From: Chiloscyllium plagiosum
Taxonomy: Eukaryota
NCBI RefSeq assembly: GCF_004010195.1
Contig: NC_057751.1
Coordinates: 15,546,241 to 15,598,205, forward strand
Direction: 5' to 3'
DNA: 51,965 nucleotides
Part shown: one piece after another, positions 11,510 through 23,374 of the stretch
Layout: every line of letters begins with the position of its first letter
How positions within the stretch are numbered: position 1 is the first letter of the stretch
The notes under the pieces: model-generated
Seen by the model: the letters and a program-made list of their open reading frames with translations, nothing else
The model's database searches: none
What the model was told of the DNA's origin: nothing
Position numbers and translations under genes: made by a program

Positions 11510-12478
11510 CCTTCATCGTCCAGTTGCTTGACATTTCAGTAAACCACCATGTTCTCATGCTAACGTTTCTGTCTTTGCTCTGCTCTGGTATTCCAATGAA
11601 GCTCACCACATGCTGGAGGAGTAGCACATCATCTTCTACATAAGCAATTTACAGCCTCAAGGATTCAACGCTGTGTTCAACAGCTTTGGAGTATGACCTC
11701 TGTCCTCCAATTTCCTTACCTGCACCACCCTCCCTGGCCTTGTTTTGTTTGGGTCTTATTGGCGTTACTCTCAGCAGCACAGATCCATTTTCTTCTTTTC
11801 ACAGCTAACATTCACCCTAACTTACATCTCTATTTCTCCTTACCTAACACTGCCACTGCCTTTGTCTTTTGTTCTGGGTGCTCTCACTATCGATTCTACT
11901 TGTTCCTCCTCCCCCGCTGTCATGAGGATATCAACCATCATTTTCTACGTCCATTCAGTTCTGACGAGGTGTTATACTGGACTTGAAATGCGAAATCTGT
12001 TTCTTAGAGGCTGAGGGGTGACCTTATAGAGGTTGAGAGAATCATGAGGGGCATGGATAGGATAAATAGACAAGGTCTTTTCCCTGGGGTGGGGGAGTCC
12101 AGAACTAGAGGGGCATAGGTTTAGGGTGAGAGGGGAAAGATATAAAAGAGACCTAAGGAGCAACTTTTTCATGCAGAGAGTGGTGTGTGCGTGGAATGGG
12201 CTGACAGAGGAAGTGGTGGAGGCTGGTACAATTGCAACATTTAAAAGACATCTGGATGGGTATATGAATAGGAAGGGTGTGGAGGGATATGGGCCGGTGC
12301 AGGCAGGTGGGACTAGATTGGGGTGGGATATCTAGTTGGCATGGACGGGTTGGACCGAAGGGTCTGTTTCTGGGCTGGAAATCTCTATGACTCTCACTCC
12401 ACAGATGTTGCTCAGTTTCTCCAGCACTTTCTGTATTTATTCAGATTCCCAGCATCTGCAGCACTTTAATTTTATTTC
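11510..12478 (+). mobile_element. Old Penelope-like fragment (GIY-YIG C-terminus and pLTR) interrupted by CR1
   Basis: ctggaggagtagcacatcatcttc..ttacagcct..ggattcaac resembles LEEQHLIF..LQP.G.N. CTGACGA at 11961. The pLTR resumes at 12395 (ccacagatgttgct..cagcatctgcag). Confidence 0.7.
12006..12392 (+). mobile_element. CR1/HER1-like LINE 3' end
   Basis: Highly similar to the reverse complement of 8672-9060. Translation remnant RGERYKRDLRSNFFMQRVV. Confidence 0.92.
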
Positions 12479-12601
12479 AAGTAGGCCAGACTGGCTAAGG
12501 ATGACAGATTTCCGCCCCTAAAGGACATCAGTCAACCAGACGGATTTTTACAATACTCCAGCAGCTCCAAGATCATCAGGCGAGCATGTTATTCCAGATT
12601 T

Positions 12602-12840
12602 CATAGAATCCCTAAAATGTGGAAACAGGCCCTTCGGCTCAACAAGTCCATACCAACTGTCCGAAGAGGAACCCACCCAGACCCATTCCCCTACCCTCTT
12701 ACTCTACATTTACCCCTGACTAATGCACCCAACTTACACATCCCTGAACACTATAAGCAATTTAGCATGGCCACTTCACCCAACCTACACATCTTTGGAC
12801 TGTGGGAGGAAACCGGAGCACCCAGAAGAAACCCACACAG
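12602..12840 (-). mobile_element. HE1-type V-SINE, 5'-truncated
   Basis: Reverse complement of the HE1 body (ggactgtgggaggaaaccggagcaccc) and tail. Confidence 0.88.
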
Positions 12841-13194
12841 ATTATTAATCCATGCCTTTGGTTTACTAAATCCAATAATTTGGCCACTGTAATACCATAA
12901 CTCCTACAGATTGAAGAATATAACATGTTCTATTACAAGCTATTCCAGTCTGATACTCTGGTGCAGAATGAGTCACAGTGCAAAAATAGTGCAAGTCTTT
13001 CTTTCAACAGCAATGGTGTAGCAGAAAGCAGCAGCAGGACAAAAAAGGATTTTAAAAAACCTTACATTTAAATAGCACTTTTCACAACCTCACCCCAAAG
13101 TACATCCCAGTCAACCAGTTACCTTCTGAAGTGCCTGTTGGAAAGCTGTCGAAGGACAGGAGTGGAAAGTTCCAAGAAGAAATAATCATAATCG

Positions 13195-13565
13195 TATCAG
13201 ATAGAAAGAGATATTGAGAAAGATAGACATGGAGGTGGAGAAAATGAGACCAAGAGTGTCACAGGATTTGAACAAGACACAGTGCAAGAGAATACGAACA
13301 AGGCAGAGTGTGAGAGAACGTCAACAAGACAGAGTGTGAGAGAACGTGAACAAAACAGAATGGAAGAGTGCAAGAGGCCATGAACGATAGTTAGGAAGTG
13401 AAAGAGTGTGCACGAGAAATGGAGAGAGGGAATGAGTTTGTGAGCACGGAAGAATGCGACAGAGTGTTTGACGGAGAGAATAAAAGAATGAGAGAGACTT
13501 AGAATGAGACACACAGAAAGCACGACAAATCCAGAGAAGACAGAGCGAAGTTTCACGAAGGGAAA
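13195..13565. repeat. GA-rich low-complexity tract
   Basis: Strong purine bias with repeated acagagtgtgagagaacg motifs. Confidence 0.75.
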
Positions 13566-14069
13566 ATATTTAAATTTAATAATCACAGAAATGTCATGGT
13601 GTCCTGTTAAACACTATGATACAGATGTTATTAGATCTTCTTCTGGTATAAGGCAGAATTAAACAGATGCACATTAAACATCAACATCCACTGAGCTAAA
13701 TACAGAATACTGGGTGACAGATTCGATCTGCGCAGCTTCCAAAACAAACCAGCTATTCAAACACACCCAATATTTACAAGGCAGAAACATTTCCTCTAAG
13801 TTTAAAAATACCTAGGCAACACTGCAGCTCCCTTCACACAATACAATAAACTTGGTGATAACTCCAAATTGGTAATAACTGCTTTTCTTTGTCATGGGGC
13901 TCGACTGGTAACACATGTAAAAGCGAAGCTTCGAACAAACAGAGCACTGTGGATCACAACAACGTGCATTTCCAAAACAGTTCATGCTAAAAACAAATCC
14001 CAAAATGCTATATAACTGGAAATATGTAGGGAAACAGGCATGGCTTGAATAGGATGCTTGGTTGAGAGA

Positions 14070-14480
14070 AGACTTGCATTTGCACAGCACCTTTCGACAC
14101 TTCAAGACATTCCAAAGTGCTTTATGGCCAATGAAATACTGACCGAAATGTCATCACTGTTGTAATGTAGCCAATGTGTGTGCAGGAGCTCCCACACACA
14201 GCAAGAGGCAAACAATCACAGCACCTTGTTTAGTGTTAGTGAGTGAAACTTGTATTATTTTCATTGGACAGGCCACCAGGAACCCCCCACCTGAAATACT
14301 TTCATGGGTTGAGGGCAGTCGGTGCCTTGGATATCTCATCAAAATGCAGTGAGGCAGCCCCTCCAAAAACGTAGCAACCTCTCAGTGCTGCACTGCAGTG
14401 TCTTCCAGGATTTCCATCAATGCACCTCTGCAGTGCTGCTTGAGACTCGAATATGAGTCTGTGACCAGTTAAGCTGTGGC
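14070..14480 (-). mobile_element. DeuSINE (SacSINE1-like), degenerate
   Basis: Collinear with 19060-19443 (gcacagcacctttc..caaagtgcttt..ctcccacacacagc..ctcagtgctgcactg). Confidence 0.6.
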
Positions 14481-14589
14481 TGAAAAGGTGCACCTCAAGA
14501 AATGACGAGGCAAAGAGTTGAGAAGGAGTCTTAGAGTGTGTGGTTGAGGATAGATGTGCATATTTCATAGGTCAGAGCAGTGAGATATA

Positions 14590-14740
14590 CACACCCTCCC
14601 TAACAGCATTGTGTATCCCTACCCTACATGGACTGCAGCTGTTGAAGAAGACAGCTCGCTACCACCTTCTCAAGGGGCAATTAGGAATGGGCAACAAATA
14701 CTAGCCTAACTAGTGATGCCCACACATCCCATAAACAAAT
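14590..14740 (+). mobile_element. 3' end of second LINE family
   Basis: ggactgcagctgttgaagaagacagctcgctaccaccttctcaaggggcaattaggaatgggcaac matches the 3' ends at 23380, 44880 and 50910. Confidence 0.7.
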
Positions 14741-15071
14741 AGATGAATGAGGATCAAAGTGATGGAACATGTGGAGTGAATGTGGGATCAGGCACTGACT
14801 GTTTCTCGTATGGCTCAGAGTTTGGACATACTACTGAAAAGATGGCAACATGTCTAAAAAGGTGACAAGAAAATTTGGACAAGGGCTTCAACAGCATCAG
14901 GTGGCATCAGCAATGAGTGAGGACAGAACCGTCAATGGTATTGGTATTGGTTGGACCTGACGCCAGGCTGCCCAAACTAGCAATTGGAATAAAAACAGGA
15001 AATGCTGGAAATATCTGAAAGTAACTGTGGAGACAGAAACAGAGTTAACGTTCACAATGACAAAATGAAAG

Positions 15072-15368
15072 GGTAGCATGGTAGCTCAATGGTTAGCACT
15101 GCTGCCTTGCAGCATCAGGGACCCGGATTCGATTCCACCCTCATGCAACTGTCCGTGTGGAGTTTGCACATACTTCCCGTGTCTGTGTGGGTTTCCTCCA
15201 GGTGCTCCAGTTTCCTCCCACAATCCAAAGTTTTGCAGATTAGGGTGGATTGGCCATGGGAAATGCAGGGTTATAGAATTGGGAGGTGGTCAGGGTAGGA
15301 TGCTCTGCAGAGGGTCAGTGTTGACTCAAAGGGCCAAATGGACTGCTTCCACATTGTAGGGCCTCTAT
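15072..15368 (+). mobile_element. HE1-type V-SINE
   Basis: tRNA head with B-box ggattcgattcc, V-domain and tail. Confidence 0.88.
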
Positions 15369-16288
15369 AAGCTCAATGAAGGTCTGTGATAAAGTGGACA
15401 CACAAGTGATTAAACGACAGATTATCATTAGCATTATTTGAATGGTGATTTTATGAGGAAGAGTGATGTATAAAGGGATCTGGCTGTCCTTTGCACACCA
15501 AGCAGTGAAAAATGGTGCAACAAACAATTAGAAAGACAAACGATAGACTCGCTTCATTGCAAAAGGAGTGGAGCTCAAAAGTAGGGATGTCTTACTGTAG
15601 CTTTACAAGGACTTGGCGAGACCACACCTGGTGCAGTATATGCAGTTTTGCTCTGCCTATTAAAGAAAGGATATACTTGCATTAGAGGGAGTGCAGCAAT
15701 GGTTCACTGGGCTGATACTGGGAATGGTAGGATTGCCCTACGAGAAGCGACTGGTTTGGCTGGGCCTGTATTCACTCAAGCTGAGGAGGAAGAGAGGGGA
15801 TCTGATTGAAACGTATAGAATTGTACAAAATACGGAGATTTGGGATTGAAGTTGATTTAACGGTTTGGATCAGAAATTGGCGAGCTGAAAGAAGACTGAG
15901 GGTAGTGGTTGATGGGAAATATTCATCTTGGAGCTCAGTTACCACTAGTGTGCTGCAAGGATCTGTTTTGGGACACTGCTGTTTGACATTTTTATAAATG
16001 ATCTGGATGTGGGAGTAGCAGGATGGGTTAGTTAATTTGCGGATGACACTAATGCAGGCAGAGTTGTGGACAGTGCCAAAGGATGTTGTGGGTTACAGAG
16101 GGACATCAATAAGATGCAGAGCTGGGCGAAGAAGTGGCAAATGGAGTTTAATGCGGAAAAGTGTGAGGTAGTTCACTTCTGAAGAAGTAACAGGAATACA
16201 GAGTACTGGGTTAGCGGTAAAATTCTTGGCAGTGTAGATGAACAGAGAGATCTCGGTGTCCAGGTGCATAAATCCCTGAAAGTTGCCA

Positions 16289-16727
16289 GCGCTGAAATTG
16301 TATTGCTGGAAAAGCGCAGCAGGTCAGGCAGCATCCAAGGAGCAGGGGAATCGACGTTTCGGGCATGAGCCCTTCTTCAGGAATGAGGAAAGTTTGTCCA
16401 GCAGGCTAGGAGGATGAGGCGCTCTTCACCTCTGGGACACCCGGACCAACCAACCCAACCACCCCGTGGCTCAACACTTCAACTCCCCCTCGGCCTATCA
16501 CCCTCACCTTAACCTCCTTCCACCTATTGCATTTCCAATGCCCCTCCCCCAAGTCCCTCCTCCCTATCTTTTATCTTAGCCCGCTTGGCACACTTTCCTC
16601 ATTCCTGAAGAAGGGCTAATGCCCAAAACGTTGATTCCCCTGCTCCTTCGATGCTGCCTGACCTGCTGTGCTTTTCCAGCAACACATTTTCAGCTCTGAT
16701 CTCCAGCATCTGCAGTCCTCACTTTCT
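16289..16727 (+). mobile_element. Penelope-like mini-insertion: inverted pLTR, GIY-YIG remnant and pLTR, with 14-bp TSD
   Basis: TSD cctgaaagttgcca at 16275-16288 and 16728-16741. Inverted repeat ~16290-16392 versus ~16593-16695. Remnant HLWDTRTNQPNHPVAQHFNSP at ~16427-16490. Confidence 0.88.
16349..16386 (-). ncRNA. Minimal type I hammerhead ribozyme motif (PLE-associated)
   Basis: Minus strand reads cattc-CUGAAGA-A-GGGC(UCAU)GCCC-GAAAC-GUC-gauu, i.e. intact core, stem II and palindromic ACGU stem III. Stem I is weak. Confidence 0.65.
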
Positions 16728-17689
16728 CCTGAAAGTTGCCATCCAGGTTGATAGGGTCACTGAGAAGGCATATGGTGTGTTGGCATTTATTGTTAGGGGG
16801 ATTGAGTTTCGGAACCATGAGATCATGCTTCAGCTATATAAGATACTGGTAAGGCCGCAATTGGAGGGTTGCGTACAGTTCTGGTTCACCGCATTGTAGG
16901 AAGGATGTGGAAGCTTTGGAAAGGGTTCAGAGGAGATTAACTAGGATGCTGCCAGGTATGGAAGGAAAGCCTTATGAGAAAAGGCTGAGGGAACTGAGGC
17001 TGTTTTCGTTGGAGAGAAGAAAGTTGAGAGGTGACTTAATTGAGACGTATAAGACAATCAGAGGGTTAGATAGAGTGTACAGTGAGAGCCTTTTTCCTCG
17101 GATGGTCAAAGCTCACATGAGGGGACATAGCTTTAAATTGAGGGGTGATAGATTTAGGACAGATATCGGGGTAGTTGCACTGCCTGCAACAGTAGTAGAC
17201 TCGCCGAAGTTAAGGGCATTTAAATGGTCATTGGATAGGCATATGGATAATAACAGAACGGTGTAGGTTAGATGGGCATCAGATTAATTTCACAGATCGG
17301 CGCAACATCGAGGGCTGAAAGGCCTGTACTGCGCTGTAACATTCTATGTTCTAATTCTAACGGGGCTGTTCAGAGTAGATGCACAGAGGATGTTTCCCCC
17401 GGGTGGGGAGTCTGGAACTGGTTAGCCATTTAGAACTGAGATGAGGGAACACTTCTTGCTCAAAGAAATTCTCTTAAACAGAAGGCTGTGGAGGCCAAAT
17501 CACTGAATTTTTTGAGATTTTAAGGGCATCAAGGGGCATGGGGAGAAAGAGGGAGAACGGCACTGATATGGAGGATCAGTCACGATCAGACTGAATGGCA
17601 GAGAAGGCTTGAAGGGCCAAATGGCCTATACCTGCTCCCAGTTACCACATTTCAAGAAGACCAGGTTCTCCAGAGCCGAAGAGAATGGA

Positions 17690-18110
17690 GACGGGGATAA
17701 GGAAGAGAACTGAAGATATACCTGGGGCAAGTGGGCAGCTGAAAGAAAGAATAAAAGCAAAACAAGCAAATGAAATGTGGGCAGAGATCAGTGTCTCAAA
17801 TTGTTGAGCTCAGTGTTGAGTGGAAGGCTGTAAAGTGAAATTGGAAGAGGAGTTGCTGCTCCTGAAGTTTACAGTCAGCTTCAGTGGAACATTGCAGCAG
17901 GACAAGGACAGAGGTGTCAGGGTGACAGCAGCAAGATGGAGAATTCAAGTGACAGACTGCCAGTAGGTCAGAGGCACCGCTGTAGATTAAATGGATGTGC
18001 TCCATTCAGCGGTCAGCCAATCCGCACTTGCTCTCCCCCAACATACAGGGCACTGCATTGTGAGCAGCAACCACATCAGAATCAATATCTGCAGATGGAA
18101 TTAAGGAAAG
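17690..18110 (-). mobile_element. Old Penelope-like GIY-YIG fragment
   Basis: ORF 17796-18005 EHI..DLLAVCHLNSPS..D.SVLVLLQC.TEADCKLQEQQLLF matches the PLE endonuclease C-terminus pattern. Confidence 0.7.
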
Positions 18111-18288
18111 CAAAAATTCATTCCTTCATCTAATGCCTGAGATACAACCAACCTTAAAACTTTAACCCAACTGTGGGACTTTGTTAACATTGAGAAAAAG
18201 AGTACTAGTTTAACTCCTGGCTTTGGTGCTCCATCAGAACCTTCTGAAGTTATTAGAAATTGTAGGACGGCATAGTGGCTCAGTGGTT

Positions 18289-18588
18289 GGCATGGTGGCT
18301 CAGTGGTTAGCACTGCTGCCTCACAGTGCCATGGACCCGGGTTCGATTCCAACCTCAGGTGACTGTCTGTATGGAGTTTGCACATTCTCCCCGTGTCTGC
18401 GCAGGTTTCCTCCAATATTCCAAAGGATGTGCAGGTCAGGTGAATTGGCCACGCTAAATTGCCCATAGTGTTAGGTGCATTAGTCAGGGGTAAATGTAGG
18501 GAAATGAATCTGGATGGGTTACTCTTTGGAGGGTCGGTGTGGACTTGTTGGGCCAAAGGACCTGTTTCCACACTGTTGTTAATCTAAT
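18289..18588 (+). mobile_element. HE1-type V-SINE with duplicated 5' head
   Basis: Complete head, V-domain and tail. The 20-nt head is duplicated at 18269-18288. Confidence 0.92.
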
Positions 18589-19059
18589 ATACTTAAAAAA
18601 ACTCAGAAACTCTGCTGTTCCAATTAGATAATGATAGAGGATGCAGGGGTGGTTTCAAGGATGCAATTTCAGAGTTGGGTGGGACAATACTTTTAAGCCA
18701 TGGATATGGTTCAAGGCTTCATGTCAGATGATTGCCCAATAATTAGCTTCATGACATCCATCATCTTCACTATAACATAACTTCAACAGGTCCAATTTAA
18801 CCAATTTTTTTAGTCTGTTCTTTCATGGGATGTGGGCATTGTTGGCAATAATGCTGGCATTTGTTGCTTCATCTCTATTCACCTTTGACATTCAATATCC
18901 TTCGATTTCTTAATTTGTACATCAACTTACAACTCATTTAACTCCGACCTATTTGACAGCTGATCTGTTAATGCCTTTTTCAATGCCCCACTCCCTCCAA
19001 AACTGTCAATCACACTTCAGCCGTGGTTAAAATGAAACAACAAATATAAAAGTAATTGT

Positions 19060-19443
19060 GTTTTTATTGCGCCTTTCATCTCCACAGGATCTCTCGAAGT
19101 GCTTTTGAAATGTAGTCATTGTAGTAATATTGGAAACATATCAGTCAACGTCTGCACAGCAAGTTCCCACAAACAGGTAATATTTTGACAATGTTCACCA
19201 AGAGATGTACATGGGCCAGAGTACTGGAGAGAACTCTTCTTCACTATAGTGGCATGGGATCATTCTATGCACTCCTGAGACAGAAATGGGGCCTCACCTT
19301 GATGTCCCACCTACAGCACAACGCTCCCTCAGCACTGCACCGGCGCAATGAGGGTAGCAGCCTTGATTTTTATGCTCATAGAGCAGGACTTGAACCTGCA
19401 ACCTTGCTGACTCAAGAGAGAAGCACATGTTACCAGCTGAGCA
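19060..19443 (-). mobile_element. DeuSINE (SacSINE1-like)
   Basis: B-box rc ggacttgaacc at ~19387 and Deu-domain-like rc ggagagaactc..agtggcatgggatc..cctgag..ggggcctc. Confidence 0.7.
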
Positions 19444-20609
19444 ACAGCAGATACCTTTCAATTTAGCTGAGGATTCGTCGAACAGAATGATGGGGTAGTA
19501 ACAGAAGAAAATTGCTTCAGACGGGAAATGGATGGCTAAAGTGTTAACCAGCGGAATCCAGCTAATCTCTTGTTGAAAACACACTGGTATTGGGAACTCT
19601 TGGGAGTCTGTCCACTCAACTGAATTCCAGATGCAAAACTGTTTGAGTTGGGGATTGTCCGAGCTCTGGCAAACCCGCAACACTCTCAGGTGACACAAAT
19701 CCAAACCTGCTCTCTTATCACGACAGAGCGCAAGCCAACAGCGAGATAAACTGTTAGAGAACACACATGGAGACGCAAGCAATTCCCTGCAACTTCAGCT
19801 AAACAAATTCTGCAAAGGTTTAATGCGAGTAATGTGGGCAGCTCGCATCCTACCCACACACAACCGTCCAGACCCAGACAGGATCTTCCCCTGTGCTCAG
19901 CAAGTTTGCAACAGCGCAACACTGCCACGTTTCACCACAGCCAGAAAAGCAGCAGAGCTGGATTAAGGGGAAACATTGATGAACAGCAGCACAACGGCAA
20001 ACACAACTGTGATGAGAACAGAAAAGGCAGAGACTGCACAGAAGGTTGCGGGGGTGGGGGCAGTGGTGGTGGAGCTGGTGTCTGGAAGACAGAATATCGG
20101 GGAATGCTTCAGAACATTGTTAACTCCTCCTCCATGCCTCAGACTTGGAGCTGCTGTGCCTTTTGTGGCATTTTCCATTTCCACAGCGAGTCCAGACAGT
20201 TTGAGGTGAAGTATATCCAGCTGAACTCTATTAAATATACTTTGAATTGAGATGTTAGGAGGCCGCAGTAAAACACAACAACCCTGGCCCTCTGACAGCT
20301 ACATTTTGTTTAAACACACTGGCACCTCTGCTACTGTGAAGCCAGACAATTGTGTAGGCACCAGGGCACAGGAGGCGGCCATTCAATCTTCTCTGCTATC
20401 TAATTAGACTGTGAATATACTCTATCTTAACTCCAACTGACAGAAATCAAATCAATCTCAGTGCTGAAGAGTCCAATCCCACTTCAACAGCGCTTTGGGA
20501 AAGGTGGTTCTTGGATGTGCGTTCACACTTGTTTACACAAGTGCTTTCTGACATCAACCATTCCCCTGGGTATCCTAGTGCTATGGGAAGAAATGGTTTC
20601 TCTCTATTC

Positions 20610-21675
20610 CATAGGACTGGAAAATGGCTAACGTAACACCCCCCCCGTGTTCAAGAAGCGAGGGAGGCAGAAGGCAAGAAACTATAGGCCAGTTAGTCTG
20701 ACCTCAGTCGTTGTTAAGATTTTAGAGTCCATTGTAAGGATGAGATTGTGTAGTAGTTGGAAATGCTTGATAAAATAGGGCTGAGTCAGCACGGCTTCGT
20801 CAAGAGGAATTCACTCCTGACAAATCTGTTAGAATTCTTTGAAGAGGTAACAAGCAATTTATACCAAGGAGAACCAACTGACATGATCTATTTGGAATTC
20901 CAGAAGGCCTCTGACAAGGTGCTGCACAGGAGGCTGCAAAATAAAGCGGCACGGTGGCTCAGTGGTTAGCACTGCTGCCTCACAGCACCAGGGACCCAGG
21001 TTCGATTCCAGCCTCGGGCAACTGTCTGTGTGAAGTTCTCCCCATGTCTGCGTGGGTTTTCTCTGGGTGCTCCAGTTTCCTCCCACAGTCCAAAAATGTG
21101 CAGGTCAGGTGAATTGGCTATGCTAAAATTGGCCATAAGTTAGGTGCGTTAGTCAGAGGGAAATAGGTCTGGGTGGGTTACTCTTCGGAGGGTCGGTGTG
21201 GACTTGTTGGGCCGAAGGGCCTGGTTGCACACTGTAGAGAATCTAATCTAATAATTTTAGGGCACGGTACTGGTGGGGATAGAGGATTGGCTGACTGGCA
21301 GAAAGCAGAGACTGGAGAAATAAGAGTTATTTTCACAATAGTTGCCAGTGACATGTAGAGTTCTGCTGGGGTCTGTGTTGGGACCACAAATGGTCACGTT
21401 ACACATTAATGATCTGGACGAAGGAACTCAGGATATTGCTGCTAAGTTACAGATGACATGAAGGTGGATGGAGGAACAGCTAGTGTTGACGAAATTGGGA
21501 TGTTACAGAAGAACTTGGGCAGGCTAGGAGATTGGGCAAAGAAGTGGCAGGTGGAATACAATGTGGGAAGGTGTGAGGTTATATACGTTGCTAACAAGAA
21601 TAGAAGCGTGACTACTTCCTAAACAGGGAAACACTTCAAAATCTGAAGTACAAAGGGACTTGGGAGTCCTAGTTG
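20610..21675 (+). mobile_element. CR1 RT fragment interrupted by an HE1 SINE
   Basis: Remnants DWKMANVT, NYRPVSLTSVV, SQHGFVK..LTNLLEFFEEVT and IYLEFQKASDKV. Confidence 0.9.
20946..21251 (+). mobile_element. HE1-type V-SINE nested in CR1
   Basis: Full head to (aatct)n tail, flanked by aataa on both sides. Confidence 0.92.
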
Positions 21676-21794
21676 AGCCTAATGGAATTCCTTTCGTCAT
21701 TGCAAACACCTCAGTTAAATCCTCCCCCATCGTAATCTCCTATATCTGAGGGAATGCCAGCCTAGATGACTCAATATATAAATTACATCTTGAC

Positions 21795-22278
21795 GTAGAC
21801 CATTTGGCCCCTCAAGCCTGCTCCACCTTTCAATAAAATCATGATTGATCTGACTGCAGCCACAACTTCGCTTTCCCAACTACACTTCCCCAGCTGCACC
21901 CCTCCCTCCCCCCATCTATCCTTTGACTCTCTTGTCAAACAAGAACCTGTCGGCATCAGCCTTAAAAAGATGCTTCTGCACTGCCACCAATGCTTTCTGG
22001 GGAAGAGAATTCCACAGATTAAGGGCACTGAGAGGGAATAAAAAACTTATCTTCATCTGCATCTGAAATGGGAGACAACTTATTTTGAAACTGTGCATCC
22101 TCTTTCTAGATGTCCCTGTAAAGAAAATGACCTTTCAACATCCATGTCATCAAGCCCCCTCAGGATCTTAAATGTTTCAACAGGCTCACCTTTCACCCTT
22201 CTGAACTGCAATGGACTCAGGCCCAACCTGATCAACCTTTTCCTATTAATCAACCCCTTCGTCCCTGGAATCAGTTGA
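21795..22278 (-). mobile_element. Old CR1 3' fragment
   Basis: Minus-strand remnant ALNLWNSLPQKAL...FKADADRFL and the typical gaccatttggcccctcaagcctgctcc tail. Confidence 0.75.
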
Positions 22279-22289
22279 GTTACATGTCC

Positions 22290-22880
22290 TCATGATTTAC
22301 TGCTGTTCACCTCGGTTAAAACTCTTATCCATGTCTTTGTTACCTCTTAAATCGACCACTTTATTACTGTCCTTGCCAGTCTCCAGTCTCACACTCATCT
22401 TAAACTTAACCTTATCCATAGCTTTCTCCTGGCATTCTAACTCGCACCAAGTCCCAATGAGCCACTAGCCCTCTGCTTGCTGACTGACAGTGCCTCACAG
22501 TCAATGTACTGACTTCGAAATTCTCAACCTTGATATCAATCTCTCCATAATCTCGCTGTCTCTATCTCTGTAACGCACAGAAGCCCCACTATCTTTCAGG
22601 AAATCAGCATTCTCCCAATTCTGCCCTCCTGTGGGTCCTAGATTATAATTGCTCCATACTGGTGACTCTGCCTTCAACTGTCTGGGCCCCAGATTCTGGA
22701 ATTCTCTTCCTAAAACACTCCTTCCCTCCTTTCTCCTTCACAGCATTGCTTGCAAACCGACCTGTTGATGAAGCTTTTGATTGGCTGCCCGAATGTCCCA
22801 TATGGTCTGCTTCTCATTGTGTTTGAGTTCATTGCCCGATGCTTTTTAACAACAATAAAGGTGCTTTGTAAATGCATGTT
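22290..22880 (+). mobile_element. L2-like LINE 3' fragment
   Basis: aaaactcttatccatgtctttgttacctct resembles KTLIHVFVTS, followed by ..ttcgaaattctc (FKIL-like) and gccttcaactgtctgggccccagattctggaattctcttcc. Confidence 0.7.
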
Positions 22881-23374
22881 GCTCAGTAAAAGGATAGCTC
22901 CCTCGGGTTTACCCCGGGGATACAACTCAGCCTCAACTTCAGAACTGCATTAGTTTTCCATGCTCAGATTCAAGAACTTGGTGGTATCACAGGACAGCCA
23001 GATTGCTCCAGGGGTGGGAGCTACATTCCATGACTTGAAGAATACCAGACAATCACACAGCCAACAGGTCTGACTGCATTTACAGACTTCTCTTTCACAA
23101 TCACTCCAGATAGGATTTGAAATCAAACCCATTTGAACTCAAGATCAGTGGGTTGTGTGTTCAGGACTATAACCCTTCAGCCACTGTACTTCTCTGACAA
23201 AGCTACCATCACTAGTTGCTGACAGAAGGGCTGTCCCCTTGCTGTACAGCACCAATTGTTAACTACACCACAAGCTAGCACTGGCAGGAGGATGGGGCAT
23301 CACAGTGAGCTAAATGACCAGGCTCTGTTCCAGACTTTCTGCTATTCCAAGGTTCAAAAGCAAAATTTCATTTT

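Larger units (their letters stand above)
11345..12890 (-). mobile_element. SINE family B copy split by PLE, CR1 and HE1 insertions
   Basis: ggagtcacac (11508) resumes as gtaggccagact (12481), which is contiguous in the copy at 25660. The head remnant resumes after 12840. Confidence 0.7.
15823..17354 (+). mobile_element. CR1-like LINE 3' half (RT), nested in an older CR1
   Basis: Remnants QGSVLG, FADDT (tttgcggatgacact), QMEFNAEKCEV and LRGDLIETYK, plus a ttctatgttcta tail. Confidence 0.92.
15470..17645 (+). mobile_element. Older CR1 3' fragment acting as host, split between 15822 and 17355
   Basis: ...gggggatctgattgaaacgtatagaatt | ctaacggggctg..gtagatgca.. is continuous CR1 sequence across the insertion. 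Confidence 0.75.

Noticed and set aside
13197..13586. 129-aa hydrophobic 'membrane protein' ORF
   Set aside because: An artefact of translating a CT-rich low-complexity strand.
19963..20060. Val-rich hydrophobic stretch as an SFTPC-like gene (SFTPC neighbours BMP1 in mammals)
   Set aside because: It lacks the PCCP/KR context and BRICHOS exons, ends in a stop right after the helix, and lies inside an intron.
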